DNA of 29,207 nucleotides from a bacterium (lineage in GTDB: Bacteria; Desulfobacterota; Binatia; UBA12015): NCBI GenBank assembly GCA_029976905.1, contig JAPOLW010000001.1, forward strand, positions 1 to 29,207, written 5' to 3'. The notes under the pieces are model-generated. The model did no database searches. It saw only the letters and a list, made by a program, of their open reading frames with translations, and was not told the DNA's origin. Positions 9,288 to 19,200 of this stretch are shown here, in pieces. The first letter of the stretch is position 1. Every line of letters begins with the position of its first letter. The position numbers and the translations under genes are program-made.

Positions 9288-9376
9288 AAAGCAGGTGCCA
9301 CCTCAAAACGGAGGCCGCCACCATCGTGGAAACGCAAAATCTCGAATAGGCGGCCCTCTCGAGCGTCTATGGGTTC

Positions 9377-9805
9377 ATGGACTCCAACACATCGGTCCGC
9401 GACGAACGCCGTTTTGACCGAGGCATCGACGGCCTCGAGCCAGATCATGTGACCCCGGGACAATTCGCCGGGATGCTGCGCAGCGCCACCTGGAGAAACG
9501 GCGAGCATCGATTGATCGCCGCCGTCCTGCAGGACGCCGTCGAGACCTTCCACAAATGCGCCTTTGCGCGAATGCCGCAGCGACGCGAACAATTCGCCGA
9601 GGTCCATCGGTGGATCATCGATCAGGACGACCACTCCCTCTTCGCCTTCACGACGATCTGCGAAATCCTCGACCTCGACGCCAACTGCTTGCGGGAGGCC
9701 CTTCTCCTGTGGCTCGAGCAGAACCGGAAACGCCCCGTCTCCATCGGCGCCCGCTTCCTCGACGACCCTCGGCGTCGCGTCGATCGAATCGCCGCAACCG
9801 GCTGA
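9377..9805 (+). CDS. hypothetical protein, 142 aa
   Basis: Fills the gap on the same strand as its neighbours with helical-looking sequence (EPDHVTPGQF...RLIAAVLQDAVETF...WI...FAFTTICEILDLD). No function recognised. Confidence 0.8.
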   Translation: MDSNTSVRDERRFDRGIDGLEPDHVTPGQFAGMLRSATWRNGEHRLIAAVLQDAVETFHKCAFARMPQRREQFAEVHRWIIDQDDHSLFAFTTICEILDLDANCLREALLLWLEQNRKRPVSIGARFLDDPRRRVDRIAATG

Positions 9806-9855
9806 CCTCCCGGACTTGGCGGACCGGACGCGGAACCCGTAGGATCCGCCTTGTC

Positions 9856-10158
9856 ATGCCGGTCCACCAATATCCGCCCTGTCCCGGCTGCGGAGAGAAA
9901 CTGATCCGCAAACCGGCCGGTCGCTGTCCCCACTGCGGCCACGAAGTGGCTGCGTACGTCGTGCAGGAGCGCGACCGGGAAGAGCGCATCGAGAAGGTCG
10001 TCGCGGTCATCTCGACGGTGCTGGTCATCACAGTGCTGGTGATTGGTGGGGGCTTCGGCGTGATCGAAGGCATCCTGGCCTACGCCGCGGGCGGCGCCTT
10101 CGTTTGGTACCTGGCCAAAGGCACCTTCGGGAACAACCGGGAACCGACCAGGGACTGA
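9856..10158 (+). CDS. hypothetical zinc-ribbon membrane protein, 100 aa
   Basis: CPGCG-x9-CPHCG followed by a charged helix and two hydrophobic segments. Start set at ATG 9856, in frame with ORF-track 9556. Confidence 0.75.
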   Translation: MPVHQYPPCPGCGEKLIRKPAGRCPHCGHEVAAYVVQERDREERIEKVVAVISTVLVITVLVIGGGFGVIEGILAYAAGGAFVWYLAKGTFGNNREPTRD

Positions 10159-10201
10159 ACCGGCGTGGCCGCCGGTGGTGGACGTCCGAGCAGCTCCACC
10201 G
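10159..10201. terminator. tandem hairpins between convergent genes
   Basis: ACCGGCG-TGGC-CGCCGGT (10159-10176) and GGTGGA...TCCACC (10177-10200). No U-tract. Confidence 0.3.
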
Positions 10202-10232
10202 AAGCGAAACCGCCATGCGTGCCCGGGGGCCG

Positions 10233-11288
10233 CTACCGCGATTGCGCCGTCGCGCGGTACTCGGCGACGACCGGGGCCAGCTCCTCGGGGGTTGCCCCGT
10301 GCAAAATGACACGGTCGCATCCCAACCCGAATTGCCCCTCGATCGCGTCGACACACTCCCGGGGACTCCCGGTTGCCGACGCAGCGAGCCACGACTCGGG
10401 CAGGATCTCCGCCAGGTGCTCCAACTGCTCGGTCGTCGCGCTCTGATCGATGCCCGAGGCGAAGGATTGCACCACCGCATCGGCCCGGAATCGCTCCAGG
10501 ACCGCGGGATCCCAATCATTCGTCTTCACGAGAAGATCACCGTAGCCCTGGAGATAGGTCGCAAGTCGGCCCACCGACTTCATCAGGCGCTTCTCGTAGG
10601 GAAGGTGGTCACCGATGGTCGCGAAGCAGGACCAGACCTTCACCTCGTCGGGGTCCCGTCCCGCTTTCTCCGCGCCCTCCTTCACCAGACGAACACAACG
10701 CTCGGTGGTCTCGTCCGTAAAGTAGGTGTGAAGGACCACGTCGTCGAAGCAGCGCCCACCAAGACCAAGAGACATCGGCGCAAAGGCGACGAGGAGGAGG
10801 CGTACTCCGGAGCCCCCGTCCGTACCGAGATTCAGATACGGATATTTCCCGAGGGGGCCGTCATAACCGAAGACCGGTTGTCCACCCAGAAGCGTTCGCA
10901 TCAAGCCTGCGAACTCCTCCATCTGCCGGGTGGTGATCCGCGCGATTCCGTAGGCCTCCTGCAACGGGGGAATGCCGCGACCGATGCCTAGCGTGAACCG
11001 ACCACCCGTGAGGCCATGCATCGTGAGCGCATGGCCCGCCGTCACCATGGGGTGCCGCGTGTTGTGGTTGGTGGCCGCCGTCGCAATCTGGATGCGCTCG
11101 GTGACCGCAGCCGCGGCGCCACAGAGCGTCGCCGCCTCCTTCCATTGATAGCGCTCGGAGACAAAAGCCGTGCCCAGACCCAGCGATTCTGCCGCGTGGG
11201 CCTCCTCGACGATGTCGCGAGGGGATTTGGGCTGGCCCGCGAGAAGGTAACAGCCCAACTCGGATAGGATGGTCGTCGTTTCCCCCAT
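10233..11288 (-). CDS. LLM-class, probably F420-dependent oxidoreductase (TIGR03857-like)
   Basis: LGCYLLAG, GLGTAFVSERYQWKEA, IATAATNHNTRHP, GRFTLGIGRG. These match my recollection of the MSMEG_2249/TIGR03857 family. Confidence 0.85.
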   Translation of the reverse strand: MGETTTILSELGCYLLAGQPKSPRDIVEEAHAAESLGLGTAFVSERYQWKEAATLCGAAAAVTERIQIATAATNHNTRHPMVTAGHALTMHGLTGGRFTLGIGRGIPPLQEAYGIARITTRQMEEFAGLMRTLLGGQPVFGYDGPLGKYPYLNLGTDGGSGVRLLLVAFAPMSLGLGGRCFDDVVLHTYFTDETTERCVRLVKEGAEKAGRDPDEVKVWSCFATIGDHLPYEKRLMKSVGRLATYLQGYGDLLVKTNDWDPAVLERFRADAVVQSFASGIDQSATTEQLEHLAEILPESWLAASATGSPRECVDAIEGQFGLGCDRVILHGATPEELAPVVAEYRATAQSR

Positions 11289-11339
11289 GTCGACCAGACG
11301 CCTACACCAAGGGGAGCAAAGACGCGACCACGCCCCGGG

Positions 11340-12254
11340 TCAGCGAGGCTCCTCCGCCACTCCGAGGGCTCGAGGGGCCACCGCCTTCCCTGGAGAGGTC
11401 ACCAGAACCGCCAGCGTGAGCAGATAGGGCAACATCAGTGCGAGTTGGTGCGGTACGGCAAGGTTCGCCGCCTGGAGTTGGAATTGCAGCGCATTGGCCA
11501 GGCCAAAGAGGAGAGCGCCCGCGAGGACGCCCCACGGAGACCAACGGCCAAAGACCACGACCGCGAGAGCGACGAAGCCACGCCCGGCCGTCACCCCTTC
11601 GACGAAGGTATTGGTGGCAGCAAGGGTCAGGGTCGCGCCGGCGAGACCACTGAGCGCGCCGGCAACCAGGAGTGCGCCAACCTTGTACTGACGTACCCGA
11701 TAGCCCAGGCTGGCCGCCGCCTGGGGATGATCTCCCATGGCGCGCAGACGCAAGCCGAGACCCGTGCGCCCAAAAAGCAGGGAGAGCAGGGGGACGAGCA
11801 CCAGGGCGAGGTAGACGAGTCCGTTCTGGGAACCGACGAACGAGCCGAGAACGGGAATCTGGTCAAGAACCGGGAGGGACCACTCTGGCAGCGTCGGAAG
11901 GACCAGTGCGGTGCCCGTCGTACCGTAGAGCGCCCGATAGATCGCTCCGGTCCCTCCGAGCGCCAGCAGATTGATGGCGGCGCCGACAATGATCTGGTCG
12001 ATGCGAAGGACCAACGCACACCAGGCGAACAAGGCGGCCACCAACATCCCGCTCCCCGCCGCCGCCAGCGCTCCGACGGCGGCGCTGCCCGACCCCTGCG
12101 CCGCGACCGCGGCGAGGAAGGCGCCGGTGAGCATCATGCCCTCGACACCGATGTTGAGAACGCCCGTCCGCTCGACGATCAACTCCCCGAGCGCCGCCAG
12201 GAGAATCGGTGTCGCCAGCATCATGCCGGCCGCGAGAAAGGTCTCAAGAAGCAC
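11340..12254 (-). CDS. ABC transporter permease, nucleoside type (NupQ/YufQ-like)
   Basis: LATPILLAALGELIVERTGVLNIGVEGMML, GLRLRAMGDHPQAAASLG, GRGFVALAVVVFGRWSP, LPYLLTL. GTG start at 12254 overlaps the upstream permease stop. Confidence 0.92.
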   Translation of the reverse strand: MLLETFLAAGMMLATPILLAALGELIVERTGVLNIGVEGMMLTGAFLAAVAAQGSGSAAVGALAAAGSGMLVAALFAWCALVLRIDQIIVGAAINLLALGGTGAIYRALYGTTGTALVLPTLPEWSLPVLDQIPVLGSFVGSQNGLVYLALVLVPLLSLLFGRTGLGLRLRAMGDHPQAAASLGYRVRQYKVGALLVAGALSGLAGATLTLAATNTFVEGVTAGRGFVALAVVVFGRWSPWGVLAGALLFGLANALQFQLQAANLAVPHQLALMLPYLLTLAVLVTSPGKAVAPRALGVAEEPR

Positions 12255-13311
12255 CGGTCGACTCCGTTTCTTCGCGAGACACCTGCGAGAGACCTGTCCA
12301 GGAGGCATGACCGATGGCCGCAACGGCAAGAAGCGTCGCCCCCTGTACGGCGACCGCGAGCACCGCCGAGATTCCGGCCGTCCGCTCCATCGCCGAAGCA
12401 CCTGTCCCCAGCGCTGCGAAGAAGAGGGCCGCCATCAGTACACCGCTGGAACGAAGTCCTCCGAGCAACGCGATGGCGATCGCCGTATACCCGTAGCCAG
12501 GCGAGATGCGTTCGTAGAGGCGACCCGTGACTCCGGCCACCTCGACGGCTCCAGCCAGGCCCGCAAGAGCTCCCGAGAGCGCAAAGGCAAGCAAGAGATC
12601 CCGCCCGACGGGAAAGCCGGCAAAACGCGCCGCCGAAGGATTCAAACCCGCGCTGCGCAACCGCAGTCCAAGAGAGGTGCGGGTCAGGAGGGCCGAGACG
12701 CCGAAGACCGCCAGGAGACCGAGAAGTAGACCTGCATGAAGCCTCGTACCCGGTACGATCCTCCACAACTCCGCGGTCGCCGGAAAGGCATCGGACTGCG
12801 GATAGGCGCCGGACTGCTCCTTGAGAGGCCCGTCGACGGCATAGGACACGAGGTACAGGGCGATGAAATTGAGCAGGATCGTCGTAATGACCTCGTTGAC
12901 CTCGCGCCGCGCGCGAAGACCCGCCGCAATTCCCGCCCAGAGGGCCCCCGCCGTCGCACCGGCGAGCAGGACGAGGATTGCCTGCCCGGGCCAGGATCCG
13001 GTGCGCGTGGCAACGGCCGTCGCCGCGAGAGCCCCGACGAGGAGTTGTCCTTCCGCGCCGATGTTGAAGACCCCGCTGCGAAAGGCCAGCATGACACCGA
13101 GGCCCGTGAAGAGGAGAGGACTCGTGCGCAGGAGCGTCGCCGCGAGACTTGCGGGCGAGCCGACGCTACCCGAGACCAGAGCGCTCACCGCGCGCACCGG
13201 ATCAGCGCCGACAACCGCCGCCATCAGGGCCGCGAGAAGGACGGCGAGACCAAGGGCGGCCCCCGCCGGGGCCAGCGCTCGCAGCCATCGCGAGAGAGAA
13301 GCCCCGCTCAT
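12244..13311 (-). CDS. ABC transporter permease, nucleoside type (NupP/YufP-like)
   Basis: PLLFTGLGVMLAFRSGVFNIGAEGQ, NEVITTILLNFIA, GLNPSAARFAG, GYGYTAIAIALLG. Many TM segments. Confidence 0.93.
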   Translation of the reverse strand: MSGASLSRWLRALAPAGAALGLAVLLAALMAAVVGADPVRAVSALVSGSVGSPASLAATLLRTSPLLFTGLGVMLAFRSGVFNIGAEGQLLVGALAATAVATRTGSWPGQAILVLLAGATAGALWAGIAAGLRARREVNEVITTILLNFIALYLVSYAVDGPLKEQSGAYPQSDAFPATAELWRIVPGTRLHAGLLLGLLAVFGVSALLTRTSLGLRLRSAGLNPSAARFAGFPVGRDLLLAFALSGALAGLAGAVEVAGVTGRLYERISPGYGYTAIAIALLGGLRSSGVLMAALFFAALGTGASAMERTAGISAVLAVAVQGATLLAVAAIGHASWTGLSQVSREETESTGAS

Positions 13312-14822
13312 GGCGAGGGCTCCAGTCCCGCCATCTGGCGCCCGATGACAACCCGGTCGATGCCGTCACCCGGTGGTACGGACAGCCGGCCGCGATAGAG
13401 CACGACCACGCGATCGGCCAGAGCCTCGACCTCGTCAAGATCGGTAGAAAGCACCAGCACTGCCGCGCCTGCGTCGGCGAGACCACGCAAACGGGCGTGG
13501 ATGGACCCGGTGGCAACCAGGTCCAGTCCCCGCGTCGGGCTCGCCGCAACGACCAGTCGAAGCCCGCGGCGGGAAAGTTCGCGGGCCAGGACGAGACGCT
13601 GTTGGTTGCCTCCCGACAAGGCTGCCGCCGGAACTTCTGGGTCGGGCGGCTGCACCGCGAACTCCTCGAGAGGCATCTGCGCGGCTTCCCGTTGCTCGAC
13701 CGCAGAGATCCATCCCCGTGGCGCCGCTCGCCGAAGGGCGTCCCGCGCGAGCAGAAGGTTCTCCCATAAAGCCAACTCGCCGACCAGCCCGTCGCGGCGG
13801 CGATCGGCCGGGACGACCGCTACCCCCGCGTCGCGCGCCATGGCCGGAGACGCGATGGACCGTCCGTCGACCTGCACGTCCCCCGCGACACCGGGCGCCC
13901 GGATGCCCGCAAGCGCATCCTGGAGTTCCTGCTGACCATTCCCCTCCACCCCGGCCACGACCACGACCTCGCCGGAATGGACCGTGAGCTCCACCGACTG
14001 CAAAGCCATGCGCCCTTCCTCTGCACGGCCATCGAGTGCGCGCACGACGAGACAGGGATCGCCACGAACCGCCGCCCGGCGTGGCGTCGGAGTCGCCGTG
14101 GCCCGTTCCCCGACCATGAGCCGGGTCAGGGAGTCCTTGTCGAAGTCCCCGGCAGCACCGGTCCCGACCAGACGTCCCCGCCGCAACACACTCACCCGAT
14201 CGGCGATGGCGAAGACCTCGGCGAGCTTGTGGGTGACGATCACTACCGCCGTACCCTGCGCCGCGAGGGAACGCAGCATATCGAAGAGCTCGGCCACCTC
14301 ACCGGGCGTGAGCACGGCCGTCGGCTCGTCGAGAATCAGCAGCGCGGGTACGTCCACGAGAGCCTTGAGAATTTCCGCACGTTGCTGCTCGCCGACCGAG
14401 AGCTCCTCGATGAGGCGGCCCGGATCGCCGATGTCGATCCCGCGCGCCCGGGCGATCTCGCGGACCTCGCGATCGAGGGCCTTCCGGTCCATGATCCCCA
14501 GCACCCGCCGAGCAAGCGCGAGGTTCTCGGAGATGGTCATCGTCGGCACCAACATGAAATGCTGATGGACCATGGCGATTCCAGCCGAGCGGGCCTCGTC
14601 GGCAGAACGCCATCGCACCGGCCGTCCCTCGAGACGGATCTCACCGCCGTCGGCACCCAGCAGTCCGCTCACGACGTGCATCAGGGTGGATTTCCCAGCG
14701 CCATTCTCTCCGAGAAGAGCGTGGATTTCGCCTCGCTCACATCCGAAGTCCACCCCATCGAGCGCGCGGAAGCCTCCGAATTGCTTCCGGACAGAGCGCG
14801 TCTCCAGGACCGGAGAATTCAC
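13308..14822 (-). CDS. ABC transporter ATP-binding protein with tandem NBDs (NupO/YufO-like)
   Basis: Walker A GENGAGKS, VHQHFML, LSVGEQQ, LILDEPT. Second NBD with degenerate Walker A GVEGNGQ, LSGGNQQ, SPTRGLD. GTG start at 14822 overlaps the cca stop (GTGA). Confidence 0.94.
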   Translation of the reverse strand: MNSPVLETRSVRKQFGGFRALDGVDFGCERGEIHALLGENGAGKSTLMHVVSGLLGADGGEIRLEGRPVRWRSADEARSAGIAMVHQHFMLVPTMTISENLALARRVLGIMDRKALDREVREIARARGIDIGDPGRLIEELSVGEQQRAEILKALVDVPALLILDEPTAVLTPGEVAELFDMLRSLAAQGTAVVIVTHKLAEVFAIADRVSVLRRGRLVGTGAAGDFDKDSLTRLMVGERATATPTPRRAAVRGDPCLVVRALDGRAEEGRMALQSVELTVHSGEVVVVAGVEGNGQQELQDALAGIRAPGVAGDVQVDGRSIASPAMARDAGVAVVPADRRRDGLVGELALWENLLLARDALRRAAPRGWISAVEQREAAQMPLEEFAVQPPDPEVPAAALSGGNQQRLVLARELSRRGLRLVVAASPTRGLDLVATGSIHARLRGLADAGAAVLVLSTDLDEVEALADRVVVLYRGRLSVPPGDGIDRVVIGRQMAGLEPSP

Positions 14823-16159
14823 GAAAGGCGACCCCGGTCGAGAGGATGACGGGCGAGAATCCACCGGCGGGCCCCTTCGACTTCGTCGAACTCACCTTCG
14901 AGTTGGGCATCGAAGGCGGCATCGAGGATCCGGCCGAAGTCGGGACCCGGTCGATAGCCCAGGGCGACCAGGTCGCGGCCACGCAGGATCGGTTGCGGCG
15001 GCGCTCCGGCGGCACGCATCTCTGCAAGCCGGTCGACGCAATACTGCCAGGTCGACAGGTCTCCCGAACCGGACGCCGCGTCGATCCGCAAAACTTCGAG
15101 CAGCGCATCGATGTGGGTTTCGGAGAGGAATCTCTTCAGCGTCGACGCCCGCATCTTCGGCGCCTGCGTATGGCGAAGATGGTTCCTCACCAACCAGGCG
15201 ACCGTCTCGGACAGTTGATTGCTGCGGCGAAGTCGGTGGCAAATCTCGACGGCCATCTCTGCGCCACGCTCGCAATGTCCGTGGAAGCGGATCCGTCCGT
15301 CCTTGCCCTTCTGAAAGCACACTGGCTTGGCCACGTCGTGCAGCAGGACGGCGAACGCAACCGGGAGATCGTGCCGGCTGGGATCCAGTTTTTCGAGACA
15401 CACGAGGGTGTGCACGAAGACGTCCCCCTCGGGATGATGCTCGGGGGGCTGTTCCACGCCCTGCATGGACGCCACCTCCGGCAGAATCGGAGCGAGCAAA
15501 CCTCCCCGGGCGAGCAACTCGAAACCCCGACCCGCGGCCCCTTCGCAGAGGATCTTGGCCACCTCGTCACCGATCCGCTCCCAGGCGATCTCCGTGATCG
15601 TCTGCGCGTTGGAGGCAAGGCTCTGCCACGTCTCCTTTTCGATCTCGAAGCCCAGGCGCGCGGCAAAACGGACGGCGCGCAGGAGCCGCAGGCGATCCTC
15701 GCCGAAGCGAGCCTCGGCGTCTCCGATCGCACGGATCACGCCCGCCTCGAGGTCGCGGCGGCCACCCACGTAATCGTCGACTCGGCCGGTCGCGGGATCG
15801 AGAAACATTCCATTGATCGTGAAGTCCCGCCTTGCGGCATCCCCGCGTGCGTCCGACACACCGATCGTCGACGGGTGCCGGTGATCGTCGTAGGGACCAT
15901 CGCTTCGGAAGGTCGCGACCTCGACGTCCCCGAAGCGACCCAGGACCTTCATGACGCCGAATTTGGCCCCGACCCCGACCGTGCGCGCGAAGAGCCTCTC
16001 CACCTCGCCTGCGCGCGCCGACGTGGCGACGTCGTAGTCCTCGGGCTCCCGACCTAGGAGCAGATCGCGTACGCACCCACCGGCGAACAAGGCCTCGTGC
16101 CCCGCCTCGCGCAACCGCGCGACGACCTGCGCGGCTTCTTCTCCGACCCCCGACGGCAC
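14819..16159 (-). CDS. cca: CCA tRNA nucleotidyltransferase (class II) with HD domain
   Basis: GGCVRDLLLG, DYDVAT, loop FRSDGPYDDHRHP, RRDFTING, EDRLRLLRAVRF, HPEGDVFVHT, LLHDVAKP, FHGH. Start uncertain (GTG 16159 or 16174). Confidence 0.93.
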   Translation of the reverse strand: MPSGVGEEAAQVVARLREAGHEALFAGGCVRDLLLGREPEDYDVATSARAGEVERLFARTVGVGAKFGVMKVLGRFGDVEVATFRSDGPYDDHRHPSTIGVSDARGDAARRDFTINGMFLDPATGRVDDYVGGRRDLEAGVIRAIGDAEARFGEDRLRLLRAVRFAARLGFEIEKETWQSLASNAQTITEIAWERIGDEVAKILCEGAAGRGFELLARGGLLAPILPEVASMQGVEQPPEHHPEGDVFVHTLVCLEKLDPSRHDLPVAFAVLLHDVAKPVCFQKGKDGRIRFHGHCERGAEMAVEICHRLRRSNQLSETVAWLVRNHLRHTQAPKMRASTLKRFLSETHIDALLEVLRIDAASGSGDLSTWQYCVDRLAEMRAAGAPPQPILRGRDLVALGYRPGPDFGRILDAAFDAQLEGEFDEVEGARRWILARHPLDRGRLS

Positions 16160-16280
16160 GGTCGATGCTCGCACGCCCCCGAACCGGGCGCAATTTGGGG
16201 GGAGGGGAGGCCCGTTGGCATCCGGGCGGGGTGACGGTACAAGGCGAAGCCGGGCAAGGACCCGACATCCGAAACGAATC

Positions 16281-19200
16281 ATGCGCGGCCTCGGTTTCGA
16301 CCCTCTTCTGGAAAGCTGGTTCCTCGAACGCTTCGGCGATCCCACGCCGCCGCAGGCGCTCGGTTGGAACGCCATCGGCGTCGGCCGCGATACCCTGATC
16401 GCAGCGCCCACCGGGTCCGGCAAGACGCTCGCCGCCTTTTCCTGGGCGCTCGACGGACTCCTCCGCAAGGCCGGACGCGAGACGCTCGATTCGACGACCG
16501 TACTCTACGTTTCTCCGTTGAAGGCGCTCGGGAACGACATCGAGAAAAATCTCTCCCAGCCTCTTCGCGAAATCCGCGCCCGCGCGGAAGAGACCGGGCG
16601 GCCTCTTCCCGAGATCCGGGTGGGCGTGCGTACCGGAGACACTCCGCCCTCGGCGCGGCAGGCCATGCTTCGACGGCCCCCGCACATCCTGATCACGACG
16701 CCCGAATCGCTTTACCTCCTCCTCACTTCGGAGAAGGGCCGCGAAAGTCTGCGGACCATCCGCACGGTCATCGTGGACGAGATCCATGCAATCGCCGGCG
16801 ACAAGCGAGGAGCGCATCTTGCGCTTTCCCTCGAACGCCTGGATCGGCTCGTCGGTGTGCACCCGCAGCGCATCGGCCTTTCCGCCACCCAGAAGCCGAT
16901 CGAGGACGTCGCGCGACTCCTGGTCGGGGCGAAGCGCCGTCTCCACGACGGGACTCCCGACTGTGCGATCGTCGATACCGGCCATCGGCGAGCCATGGAA
17001 CTCTTCATCGAGACTCCCGACCTCGAGTTGGGCGCCATCGCCACCCACGACCTTCGCGCGGCGATCTACGACCGCATCGCCCAACGCATCGCACAGCACC
17101 GTACGACGATCGTCTTCGTCAACACGCGTCGCCTCGTCGAGCGCGTCGCCCACGACCTCGGAGAAAGGATCGGCGCCGATCGGGTCGTCGCGCACCATGG
17201 GAGCCTTTCTCGCAGCACGCGCCTCGCGGCCGAGGAAAAGCTCAAGACCGGACAGGTTCCGGTCGTGGTCGCGACCGCCTCCCTGGAGTTGGGAATCGAC
17301 GTGGGGCACGTCGATCTGGTCTGCCACCTCGGTGCGCCACGTGCGCTGGCCACCCTCCTGCAACGGGTGGGACGATCCGGACATTGGCTCGGAAGCGTCC
17401 CCCGCGGCATCTTCTTCCCCCTCACGCGGGACGAGATGTTGCAGACCGCGGCGGCCGTCCGCGCGATCCGCGCCGGGGACCTCGATCGGATCCGGATGCC
17501 ACCGGCCCCGCTGGACATCCTGGCGCAGCACGCCGTTGCCGCGGTCGCGGCCGAGACCATGACGACCGACGAACTCTTCGAAATGGTCCGGGGCGCATAC
17601 ACCTACCGGAACCTGGAGCGGTCGGTCTTCGATCGGATCATCGACATGCTCGTCGAGGGCGTCTCTACCCGGCATGGGAAACGGGCTGCACATCTCCACC
17701 ACGACCGCGTTCACCGGCGACTGCACGCTCGCCGGGGCGCCCGACTCGCCGCGATCACGGGAGGTGGAGCCATTCCCGATACGGCGGACTATGCCGTCGT
17801 CGAGGATCCCACCGGGGCTCGCGTCGGAACCGTCAACGAAGACTTCGCCATCGAGAGTTCCCGCGGTGACGTCTTCTCCCTCGGCAATCACTCCTGGCGT
17901 GTCCGCCGCGTCGAGACGGGGACGGTGCGCGTCGAAGATGCCGGGCAGGCCCCTCCGAGCATTCCATTCTGGTTCGGCGAGGCTCCGGCACGGACCGAGG
18001 AACTTTCCCGCGCGGTCGCCCGTCTGCGCGCCGACACCGCCGACCGCATCGGAGATCGTGAGGCCGCGGCGGCGTGGCTCGAAGAAGACTGTGGGATCGA
18101 TCGGGGCGGAGCCGAACAAATCGTCGACTACGTCGCAGCAACGCTGGTCGTTCTCGGGACGGTCCCGACCTGTGAGCGCATCGTCGCAGAACGCTTCTTC
18201 GACGAGAGCGGCGGCATGCAGTTGGTGCTGCACGCTCCATTCGGCGGCGCCATCAACCGGGCCCTGGGCCTCGCGCTGCGCAAGAACTTCTGCGTGAATT
18301 TCGACTTCGAACTCCAGGCCGCCGCGACCGACGATGGCGTGGTGATCTCACTCGGCGAGCAGCATAGCTTTCCATTGGACTCGGTCTTCTCGATGGTGCG
18401 TCCAGAAACGCTGGAGGCCGACCTCATCCAGGCGGCGCTGGCGACACCCATGTTCACCAACCGGTGGCGCTGGAACGTGACCCGCGCTCTCGTGCTGCGG
18501 CGCCACAGTGGAGGCAAACGCGTCCCGATCCACCTCCAGAGAATGCGCGCCGAGGATCTGCTGGCCGCGGTCTTCCCGGCGCAACTCGGCTGCGGCGACA
18601 ACCGGATGGGTCCGATCGAACCCCCCGACCATCCCCTGGTCGACGAGACGCTGCGCGACTGCCTGCACGAAGCGATGGACGTCGACGGGCTTCGTGACGT
18701 GCTGGACGCCATTCGCAACGGCACAATCCAGACCATCGCCGTCGAGACATCGAGTCCGTCGCCGATGGCGCACGAGTTGCTGAACGCGTACCCGTACGCC
18801 TTCCTCGATGATGCCCCGCTCGAGGAGCGGCGGGCGAGAGCGGTCCACCTCCGGCGGACCCACGTCGAACTCGCCGGGGGCATCGGAGCGTTGGATCCCA
18901 CCGCGATCGACGAAGTCCGCTGCCAGGCGTGGCCCGACGTGCGCGAGGCCGAGGAACTCCATGATGCTCTGCACGGCTTCGTCTGGCTCCCGACCGACAC
19001 CCTCGAGAGGTACCCGGCCTGGCGCACCTGGATGGACCACCTCGCCTCCCATGGGCGTGCCACGCAGATCCGGTGGCGCGTCGGCGATGAACCCCAGCCG
19101 CGCCGGGCGTGGGTCGCTGCCGAGCGGATCTCCTTCGCGCGCACGGCGCTGCCCGATGCACGCCTCGACTCCGACCTGGAGCCCCCGCCCGGAGCGCCTG

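Noticed and set aside
9206-9290. UGA read-through as selenocysteine at the Rrf2 stop, using the downstream hairpin as SECIS
   Set aside because: The apical loop is about 45 nt from the UGA, farther than typical bacterial SECIS spacing, and the extension has no protein-like motif. The iscU, iscA, hscB and lhr UGA stops also show no plausible read-through.
9283-9299. NtrC-like enhancer GGCAC-N7-GTGCC or sigma54 promoter
   Set aside because: The outer bases deviate from TGCAC/GTGCA and no GG-N10-GC element follows; the palindrome is also explained by the RNA fold.
9209-9376. c-di-GMP-I riboswitch or SRP (4.5S) RNA
   Set aside because: Fragments such as GCAAA and GTCAGG...AGCAG are present, but the GNRA-capped stems and spacing those families need are missing.
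14819-16159. poly(A) polymerase PcnB
   Set aside because: Lacks the G-R/K-R/K-F signature (has VGAKFGV) and carries an HD domain typical of CCA-adding enzymes.
15567-18233. Long antisense or alternate-frame ORFs (for example 15567-18233 minus, 3666-4970 minus, 632-1597 plus, 26078-27781 plus, 14846-16057 plus)
   Set aside because: They shadow well-supported genes, have no recognisable motifs, and are expected from stop-codon scarcity in high-GC coding DNA.
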